The notes under the pieces are model-generated. The model was not told the DNA's origin. It saw only the letters and a list, made by a program, of their open reading frames with translations, and made no database searches. The position numbers and the translations under genes are program-made. From contig OZ024747.1 of assembly GCA_964016885.1 (NCBI GenBank), positions 15,748,001 through 15,812,000 on the forward strand: a stretch of 64,000 nucleotides of DNA. Reading direction: 5' to 3'. Shown piece by piece: positions 53,370 to 64,000 of the stretch (position 1 is the first letter of the stretch; the number at the start of each line of letters is the position of its first letter). Source of the stretch: Eledone cirrhosa. Its lineage: Eukaryota.

Positions 53370-54221
53370 TATCTAATACTTTACCAATTTAAAATCCTTT
53401 TTCTCAAAGGCAAATATATATATACATATATATTTCTTTAAAAATATACCCATCTTTCTACCTTATTTCAATGTTATTTATTATGCATTATATAATACTA
53501 GTTACTCATTCTATATCACTCCTATTTATCACTTCCCTTTCTTTCTTTTTTCCTTTTTTCTTTTAATTTCTAACCTCTAATCTGTACCTTTTCTTCCTAG
53601 ATACTTCTCAATTCTCATTATTACTCCCCACAATATATCCATTCTTCCTTCTTCCATCCTATCACTGGCCATAAAATTTACTATTACCCTTTTAAATACT
53701 TTATAATATCACATTGAAAAATCCGTCGTAAACATAAACATTTTTTTGACGTTAGATTATACATCCTCAATTCATTATTTTTTTCTCCCTTTCATGCTCA
53801 TCTAACTTCTACATATTACACATATTCATCCTCTCTTCTACTTCATTTCACAATCTTTCCTTAATTACATTACTATTGTTATATATATATATATTTTTTT
53901 AATAATACATATCAACAATTTCTTTCCATCGCACATATTATTGAACGCTTCAATATTCAAACCTTAACATAATATTATTCTTAATACATATTAACAATTT
54001 CTTTTCATCGCACATATTATTAAACCCTTCAATATACAAACCTTAATTTAACATTATTCTTAAAATTTTCTCTTCGTTAATTTTCAAATTCTTTTAATTT
54101 ATATATTATCTTCCAACGGTTTGATCTTATATATTATATATACTCCCGTCCTACAAACTGTAGAGTGCTACTTATCCGATATCTGCATTGCTTTATTGTA
54201 CTACAAATAAAACTCACCTCC

Positions 54222-54301
<80 letters not shown>

Positions 54302-54310
54302 GATATATAG

Positions 54311-54343
<33 letters not shown>

Positions 54344-54440
54344 AAAAAAGATGAAATCGAAAATGCAACTGGAGTCTTATTTTTTTTTAAATATATATAT
54401 TTACATGCATATCACCAGCATTTACATGCATAAATATATT

Positions 54441-54505
54441 TACATGCATATCACCAGCTGTTGTCAAAAGCATTGCTTTTGACAACAGCTGGTGATATGC
54501 ATGTA
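54441..54505. repeat. 65-bp palindrome (32-bp arms)
   Basis: tacatgcatatcaccagctgttgtcaaaagca-t-tgcttttgacaacagctggtgatatgcatgta. Confidence 0.9.
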
Positions 54506-54654
54506 TGTAAATATTTTCTTTATCTGATATTTTGTAACTAACCCTACATAGATCGATATCTAAGTATAGTTAAAATGTATTATCATCACCTAGAAACGAT
54601 CGTAAATCAGTGAAGTATATTTATAATGACTTGATTTTTTACTTCATTGTTTTA

Positions 54655-54706
<52 letters not shown>

Positions 54707-54708
54707 CT

Positions 54709-54783
<75 letters not shown>

Positions 54784-55136
54784 GAAGAGAGAATCCGTAA
54801 ACTATTCAATATCAAGCCATCAAACGTATAGGAAATCATGTTTAGCTTTGCTCTGCGCTCTAATGAAACACTTGTGGATTTCAGCTGTTACAGTATATAT
54901 CAATGATAATGCTGATAAGCAGACCAATCATCAAAAGATGAATGATCAGAAGAACTCCAACAGATATTCATCCATATTAATGTTACACAAAATGGAATGA
55001 ATACCGATGTATCTCAAGTAACCAGATCAACACTAAATGATACTCCAAATGTGTTCTTTTTATCAAAGGAGAAATGTTTAATACAATGTACAGAATTAGA
55101 CTATCAAGGTAAAATAAACATTCACCACATATACGC

Positions 55137-55208
<72 letters not shown>

Positions 55209-55276
55209 TTATAATATTGGAAAATGTGTGAGATCCTTGGTACAGTTAGGTTTATTTGAAAAAAAGGAAAAGCATG

Positions 55277-55880
<604 letters not shown>

Positions 55881-56371
55881 TACACACGCCCACATACTTA
55901 TATATATATACACACACACACTTTTATATATAGACATACACACACATATATATATGGGCCTTCCAGTTTTATTTCACATTATATACATGTCTGTGTATTT
56001 TTTAATTATTTTAAAATTATTTTGAAATGAACGTGATCCATTGGGTCAAGGATGATCTAGTATAAATATATAAAATGATATGTTGGAAGAACATACATAT
56101 GAAATTTACCTAATCTCTCTTCTTAGTCTGGAGGAATTAACTAAATAAATAATCTAGTAAACAGAGCTAAGTTTAAAATGTAAGATTATAGAAATAATAG
56201 GTAAATGTTTATATTATACAGGGGCTGTGGAACTGGAGGTCCAGAGGGAACATGACACCCCTCCCCCATTACCACCACCTCAAATCTTTTTCATCCCCAA
56301 ACAACCAAAACACACAACTATTTGTATATGTGCTATAATTTATGTACATGATATGTTTATCGCATATCGAT

Positions 56372-56407
<36 letters not shown>

Positions 56408-56489
56408 TGGTTGATATTTAAGAATAACGGCTAAACTAATTACAACTAAATTGTGTTCAAATTTGGCCCACCCAATTCAGAAATGCTTA

Positions 56490-56535
<46 letters not shown>

Positions 56536-57401
56536 TAAGGTTTGTTGGTTCACCACTGGATAGAACTGGTCATTTCGTATGGTCAATCTGGTGTCATATT
56601 GTGAAGAGTACTCAACGCAGTGCAGTTCACCCATCTTTGTTTGTGTAGTTGGTGGTGCGAATACGGAGTTAATTATAAATGAAATAAGAGGAGGCTGGAC
56701 TGGTGTAAATTCTTGAAAGGTTTATTATACTATGATCATTTCAATGACCGGGTTCCATATGAATCCGGTGATATCATCAGGTATTGGAATATAACAAAGG
56801 AATATGTAAAAAGCCATGGGTCCGAGAAACCAGAGACAGAGAGAGCGGATGACCAACTAGTTTCACAGCCAGCCGCCCTCAAAGTGTTGGCAACCGAAAA
56901 CTACCAGTGAATACCTGGTAAGGGGGCGCAGCCCTATCATGTACTACCACCACCCCGTCAAAGAAGAGGGTGAAGAAAGAAAGAAAGGGAGAAAGAAGTG
57001 TAGTGTAAGGGTCAAACTACATTCATGTTAGAAAATGCCGCGAAAAAAAAATTACCCAAATTATCTATAGTGGGTGTCTGTACGGTCTAATGTGTGAACC
57101 GAGGATTGGAACGCTAAACTTATGTTGCGAGTTATAGGATGAAACAAATTAAATTAAAAATATTATATTGCAAAATGGTAAATTGAAAAATAGAGGTAGC
57201 GAGATTTATTTATTTAACGAATTACGGGGAGAGTCTTATATGAAAAAAATGTTTAACTCGATAAGATATTAGTATGGGATATAGAGTAAAGATTTCGATT
57301 GGGATCCCAGCCAGCACACCCACCACTATGAGTCAGCCAGTCTCGAGTGGTATCGTCCAGCGAAAGAAATGGAAATTAATTTTTCCGAGTACTCTAGGAA
57401 C

Positions 57402-57826
57402 GTAGCATAAGGTCTTCAAAACGCTTTTAATTAAGCATAAAGTGTATTGCAAAATGCATTATATATACATTCATATATATATGGCTATTTCAGAGCACCA
57501 ATTCTAATTTTTAATTTCTGCATGACCGGCAACCGCTCTGTATAATCAGTTCCTGATTATTTACTAGAATTCTATAAGAACCAAACATCCGTGATTTCAG
57601 CAGACGGGGGGAGTAGTTGGCTTTGATAAGCATCAATAAATGCAGAAACAGGGCCTTGTCGTCTTTATCTCCCCCTTTTTGCTGAGATTAGAGTAAGTGA
57701 GTCTGTCACTACTCTGGAACAATAGCATAAGGTTTTCAAAATGCTTTTAATTAAGCATAAAGTGTATTGCAAAATGCACTATATACACATTCATATATAT
57801 ATGGCTATTTCAGAGCACCAATTCTA

Positions 57827-57829
<3 letters not shown>
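57402..57829 (+). mobile_element. 1.3 tandem copies (period 320) of the ~318-bp hammerhead family; HHR core 57619-57664
   Basis: GGCT-TTGATAA-GCAT caataa ATGC-A-GAAAC-AGGGCCTT-GTC. Confidence 0.8.
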
Positions 57830-57890
<61 letters not shown>

Positions 57891-57927
57891 GTATGCATAT
57901 ATATATATATATATGTATATATATATT

Positions 57928-57959
<32 letters not shown>

Positions 57960-58233
57960 CGTCCTCTCACGTACATTTAAACACAAAATGCATATAGTTA
58001 CATTTCAAAACACATAATAAAGATGATTTGAAAATGAATATGTCGCTTGTATTAACTAATATTTAGATTTAATAAACATCGAACATAGAATTAATTCTGA
58101 CTTAATATAAATATGTGATTATCAAACCATTCATTTGAAATATCCGAATTCCGCCTCTACATCTCCTAATATTGTAGAGACCCCTAATCAAACTAACGGT
58201 ACACTTTATTTTATTATACATGCACATGCATGC

Positions 58234-58270
<37 letters not shown>

Positions 58271-58384
58271 CGTGTGTGTATATATATATATATGTGTGTA
58301 CATATATATATAAGAAGGTGACTGATAGAGATGCATACATGCTTTATACCTACGTACATTCATATATATATATATATATATATA

Positions 58385-58533
58385 TAAATTTGAAGACTAA
58401 AATCCAAAGAGGGCTCGATAAGGATAAATATATATCAAATATATAAGAACCGTAGAGCAAAAATGTATTATTCACCGTTAAGGGTGAAAGCAGCGATTCT
58501 TTGCTTAAACTTTAATATGTTATTTTAATAAAT
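58385..58533. mobile_element. Truncated/inverted copy of the CAGAAGA hammerhead family (related pieces at ~26818-26890 and ~39675-39730)
   Basis: ccgttaagggtgaaagcagcgattctttgcttaaactt preceded by the inverted tail tgaagactaaaatccaaag. Confidence 0.6.
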
Positions 58534-58616
58534 ATATATATATATATATATATATTGAGTGTGTTCTGTTATTATGTCTGGCAATATTACGACAATATGC
58601 CCCTACCCAGGTATAA

Positions 58617-58678
<62 letters not shown>

Positions 58679-58842
58679 AAGGTTTAGCAAATAATGAAAA
58701 AGTTTCAAAATAAATTTTAAAAAATTGACTTTACCTACTATAGTTACCTTTACCAATATATATATACCCCACTCTCAAGAGCGTGAAATTAATAAACATT
58801 TGTTGTACTGCCTCTCTGCTTTGTCCCTGTTCAAATTTGTCC

Positions 58843-58887
<45 letters not shown>

Positions 58888-59407
58888 CTGTGTGTGTATG
58901 TATGAATGTATAACCCGATTTAGCTACAATAACTGGTTGAGGTACAAAGTGTAGTAGAGAGATTGTTTTGTTGATATTTTCGTTATTGTAGTGGCTAATG
59001 CTGTATGTCTCAATATTAAAGTTGTTATTCTCATTTTAAATCTTTATCAAGCATTTCGTATATTTTTGTTGCCTTCTATTTTGATTTTGAATTCACTCGT
59101 TTACTTATACATATATTTTTGTGTTCATACAACTTCATTTCTACTGGAATTGATCTAAACATTGATGATGTTTGTTGATTCATTGGCAGCCGCTGGCCAG
59201 TTTTAAATACATGCCTACGAGTAAATTCTCTTGTTGCTTCTGGATAGTCTGTTTTGTGCGTAGCAAACTTGCAAATTATTCATTCGAAAACTGAATGCGA
59301 TCTAATCTTGCTTCCGTTTCCGGATTGTATTTTAATAACTTAATTTTTTTTTAGGAAAGCAAGTCTTAATATATTATTGTTTCGATTTAATTATTATTAA
59401 AATAAAC

Positions 59408-59460
<53 letters not shown>

Positions 59461-59837
59461 ATATATATATATATACGCACATAAGTTCATATATACACCA
59501 ACGAACATACACAGACACACGCACACACATATATATATATACACACATTTACAGTTTGCTGTTTTCCCGAGATTCTTTTGAAACAGCTCGAGGACACAGA
59601 ATGCATTTGCTTTTGATATTTTAAAATTTATTTCCTTTTTATTTCAGTTTATCACATTGCATTTTATTCAACGTTATTACGTTTTCCGTTATTAACCATA
59701 TTTCTGAGACGTTTTTTTTTGTCATAGGTTTATTCATATGTGGTAATACATCTTTGTTAAATAATAATAATAACAATAACAATAACAACAACAATATCGG
59801 CAAAACCACCACCAACACCACTACCAAATGCAACAAC

Positions 59838-60234
59838 AATAATTGTTTCTACTTTAGGCACAGGGCCAGCAATTACCCAGTGCATTACTGGTACTTTATT
59901 TTATCGACCCCGTAAGGATGAAAGGCAAAGTCAACCTCGGCGGGATTTGAACTCAGATCGTAAAGGGACGTAACTATGCTGGAAAGCTTGGCGTCCGACC
60001 CTCTACCGATACTGCCAATCCACCGCCCTTGCAACAATCCAAATGCAACAACAATAATAATAATAAATTTGTACATTAAACACAAGGCCAGCAAGTTTGG
60101 GGGAAGGGAAAGTCGATTAAATATAACTCGGTGCATTACTGGTACTTTATTTTATCGCCTCGTAAGGATGAAAGGCAAAGCTAACCTCGGTGGGATTTGA
60201 ACTCAGAACGTAAAGGGCCATAACTCTATGCTGC
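59838..60234 (-). mobile_element. Two SINE family A copies (~59838-60029, ~60065-60234)
   Basis: Reverse complement of head and core. Confidence 0.85.
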
Positions 60235-60379
60235 CCACAAGGGCCTACATATAGGGGACAATACAATGTAGATTGACTCTAGGGGCTTACATATATAAGG
60301 TGTAAAAATATAAATAACAATAACAAAATAACAATATAATGCAAACAACAGTATTCACTAGTAGGTGGGATAACTACTG

Positions 60380-60750
60380 AGAAGCGGCTCAGGTACCTCC
60401 ACTAATTCTGAACCAACCGACGCTTCTAGGGCACCCGGGAAGGGTTCCTCTCTCCTGCTCAAATTAGCCAGCCTACAGGCGCATGCTCAGAGAATGCCCA
60501 TTCACACAGACCACTCTCGCCCCCTTCAACCATCTTTCAGCAAATGTACGGGGGGGGGGCAACACTTCTCGCTCCGCCCTCACTTTCCTTTCGAAGTCAA
60601 AATTGAAAAAGATTGAAGGATTGGCCGGAGAGAAAAGTGTCTGTCTTTAGTCCTTTCAACCTTGTTCACCACACAACCTCTTTCGCTACCGCCACCAGAC
60701 AGAAGAACATTTGCTGCCCTTCCTGGTCAAACGAAGGCGTCGATTTTGGT
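60380..60750 (-). mobile_element. Decayed LINE 3' end (L1/Tx1-like, tentative)
   Basis: Minus frame FFCLVAVAKEVVW*TRLKGLK...FAERWL. Confidence 0.4.
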
Positions 60751-60800
60751 CTTTGTATTTATTATTACTATATTGTATGTTATTATGTTATTATATTTTG

Positions 60801-61322
60801 AGGGCGATGGAATGGCAGTATTGGTAGAGCGTCGGACGCCATGGTTTGCAGCATAGAGTTACGGCCCTTTATGATCTGAGTTCAAATCCCCGCCGAGGTG
60901 AACTTTTCCTTTCATTCTTACGTGGTCGATAAAATAAAATACCAGTGACGTACTGAGGTCGATTTAATCGCCCCCCGAGAATTGCTGATCTTATAAAAAA
61001 ACATTATTTTGCAGTGTCGTTAGAGGGTCTGACGCCATAATTTGCAGCAAAGAGTTACGGACCTTTATGGTCTGAGTTCAAATCCCGCCGAGTTTCACTT
61101 TGCCTTTCATCCTTACGGGGTCGATAAAATAAAGTACCAGTAATACACTGGTTAATTGTTGGCCTTGTGCCAAAAGTAGAAACAATTATTTTATTAGTAG
61201 TAAACTTTACCTTTCATCCTTACGGGGTCGATAAAATAAAGTACCGGTAATACACTGATTAATTGCTGGCCTTGTGCCAAACGTAGAAACAATTATTTTA
61301 TTAGTAGAAACAATTATTTTAT
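60801..61322 (+). mobile_element. Cluster of SINE family A copies (two heads plus a duplicated 3' part)
   Basis: A/B boxes at ~60814 and ~60879, second B box at ~61074; core repeated at 61101 and 61205. Confidence 0.85.
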
Positions 61323-61990
61323 TACATATCAATATTTCATAATTCTGATTTAATACCAGGCCTGCCATTACCGTGGAAACCCTTACCAGGACATAGATGA
61401 GACTAACTCTATAGATTGGTTATGGAAAATACTCTAGGCGATGGTAATCTCTGAAATACAAATTCTGAAATCCCTAAATTCCTTTATCTAGTCATTACAT
61501 ATGTCACACAATTGAAATATACTATGGTCACGAAATGGTGGTGGTGGTGATGGTGGGGGCGGGGGGGGGGGGGTTGTGTGCAAGAATGTCCCCTCAAAAT
61601 ATGTTAAACTCCACAGGCAATTCTTGTACACTGCAAGCTTAGTTAAAACTAACTATATGGTTGGAAGTTAAAAAAAATGATTTAAAATCGAATGGCAGTT
61701 TCAAATAGCAGGCGACAGCAAATATTATGTGCAATAATTGTGGATGCCTTTTTAGAAGAAGGACTGTTCTAAAAACCTACATAACATTTAATGCCTAAAC
61801 CGAATATTATTACACTAAAATGGTCAAGCTCAGCATTGAAGAGCCAATAAATATATGTGTATACCAATCAATATATGCATATATTCATATTTGCATATAT
61901 ACATACACATATATTCTTACATACATGCGAATATTCACATGAACATTTACATACATATGCAGTTATATATTGACATGTGCGTATGCATAC

Positions 61991-62037
<47 letters not shown>

Positions 62038-62398
62038 CGCGCTTGTTTGTGCGTGCGTACATGTGTGTCTGTGCGTGCCAAATAGAGATAGACATAAACA
62101 AAGTGTATGAGAGAAAGACACGTATAATTTTAGTGGAAACATATAAGATAAAAGCAATCGAGAGTGCAAGGAAAATGAGCGATCTGCTGGTCCAGTGAAC
62201 ATAACAGAAAATAGAGAGAAAAAAACACTTCATTACTGTAGTAAACAGAAATATTGAAAATCTTACATTGAAGATGCTATTTAATTGAACATCTTACAGA
62301 TGTCGTATTTACAGAAAACAAATTCAAGTCTAGACAGCCATACACACATTAATGCACTTACATGACGCACGTACATTAATGCACTTACACACGCAAGC

Positions 62399-62434
<36 letters not shown>

Positions 62435-62509
62435 GCATATATATATATATACATGCATATATATATACATGCATATATATGTGTGTATATATATATTTAT
62501 ATATAAATA

Positions 62510-62949
62510 TAAATGTATGTATAGAATATTTGGCAATATACCGTATGTTTAATTAAAACATATAGAAGACCATACGCTATCAGTGTTAAAGTAGTGACTA
62601 TGTCACTTACTTCAGTTCAGCGAAAGAAGGGAGAGAAGTTGACAGCCTGTTTCACGCTGGTTGGCGTTCATCAGAGCCACGCACTCCCCTGCTTCCGCCG
62701 AAAATTATAGTAGTTGGATTCTTATAGAATTCCAGTAATAAACAGGAACTGATTATATAGAGCGATTTCCGGTCCAGCAAAAAGTGGGTATTATGATTGG
62801 TGCTCTGAAATAGTGATGTAACCATGAATGTATGTATAGTATATTTGGCAATATACCGAATGTTTAATTAAAAACATTTAGAAGACCATACGCTACCAGT
62901 TTTAAAGTAGTGACTGTGTCACTTGCTTCTTTTCGCCGAAAGAAGGGAA
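62510..62949 (-). mobile_element. 1.4 tandem copies (period ~315) of a diverged subfamily of the ~318-bp hammerhead family
   Basis: Shared blocks gattcttatagaattc.agtaataa.caggaactgattata.agagcg and ttggtgctctgaaatag. Confidence 0.75.
62637..62678 (-). ncRNA. Type I hammerhead ribozyme, canonical C3-G8 core
   Basis: GGCT-CTGATGA-ACGC caacca GCGT-GAAAC-AG g CT-GTC-AACT; one mismatch in proximal stem I. Confidence 0.75.
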
Positions 62950-63039
62950 GTAAACGGAAACTGCAAAGCAAACCACAGAGAAGGATGAAGAAATATATTA
63001 GTTTAACACTAGGTATAGTAGGAAATGGGTTTCCATTAA

Positions 63040-63530
63040 GCAATCAGTCGACGCCACTGTGACTGTTCATGGCTTTTGCATGTCTTAATAAACTTGTCCA
63101 CACCAACCGGTTATTCACTTGAGTTTTCGAGGTGTAATGATCGATTCCTTTCCTCTTCATATTCCTTTTTGCAGTATTTTTGAAACTCAGGCTAGCTCTT
63201 CCTTGCTTTCTTTTCCTCGTGAATATTTGCGCTTAAAGGATTAGTCCGGGGAGTCTCCTGTTGTCCATTCTTTTTAGATGTCCCAACCATCGTATGTTTC
63301 TATTCAATGAGGAATTCTATCATCGGAGATAGACCAGTATACCGCAGGATCTTTTCATTCCTGATCGCGTTAAACACAGTAATGTTCATGATTTGCCGCA
63401 GCTCTCTCATATAAGCATGTTAATTGTCTACTTGAGTTTTACAGACTGTCCAGTTTTCAGTTCCACACAATAGGGACGAAAGGATTACAGCCAAGGTATA
63501 CCTTACACTTGACCGTATAGAGCCTGTCAA
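63040..63530 (-). mobile_element. LINE (RTE-like) 3' remnant
   Basis: Minus frames SLLCGTENWTV and RWLGHLKRMDNRRLP. Confidence 0.6.
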
Positions 63531-63968
63531 AATAAGCGCTAGCTCTGCTCATTCTGTAAAGGTGGTTTATATATAAACAGAAGCCTAGATGTCAATAGGT
63601 ATGCTTGAGAAATTAAGGACATTTAGATAAATCTAAGGTAAAAGACTAATTGTCAACAATATCTTTTGCATTTCCATTTTTTATTCTATGTCCATACCTG
63701 CATTGTTTTGGCTTTACAAATTCAAACGTTTGTATATATATATATATATTTATATATATATTTATATATATATATATATATGTTTATATATATTTATATA
63801 TATTTATATAAGTTATATATATATATATAAGTTATTCCGAGTTGAATCGGAGGTAAACACAGTAAGTAAAGTACTCAATACATACCAGAGTATAAATGTT
63901 TTAATAAAGAAGCTCTTCTTTATTAAAAAAAAAATATATATATGCATATATATATATAATTATTTATG

Positions 63969-64000
<32 letters not shown>

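Noticed and set aside
53370-54230. 3' terminal-repeat hammerhead for the second PLE
   Set aside because: No CUGANGA/GAAA arrangement found by eye; probably deleted or decayed
56535-57400. GC-richer stretch with a 65-aa ORF
   Set aside because: No recognisable domain, RNA motif or second copy in the window; probably an unclassified repeat remnant

Overview
This is AT-rich eukaryotic (animal) genomic DNA, rich in (TA)n/(GA)n/(GT)n microsatellites and repeats. The SINE types and gene content suggest a cephalopod such as octopus (inference). The only host genes I can support are a complete 6-exon secreted S1A serine protease on the minus strand (8271->2819, 257 aa) and exon 1 of a tandem paralog (231->171). 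The rest is mobile DNA: a near full-length Penelope-like (Naiad-type) RT+GIY-YIG element, a 5'-truncated relative, many tRNA-derived SINEs, LINE and pogo/Tigger remnants, and a 20-bp minisatellite. The most striking unannotated signal is a dense population of type I hammerhead ribozyme (HHR) motifs in at least seven sequence families. These include a ~315-320 bp non-coding tandem family whose HHR shows core (U3-A8 vs C3-G8) and stem II covariation between copies (candidate retrozyme/circular RNA), a ~530 bp HHR tandem array between the protease paralogs, the HHR in the Penelope terminal repeat, and several HHR-bearing palindromes inserted in (TA)n. All folds were derived by eye; ribozyme activity is untested.
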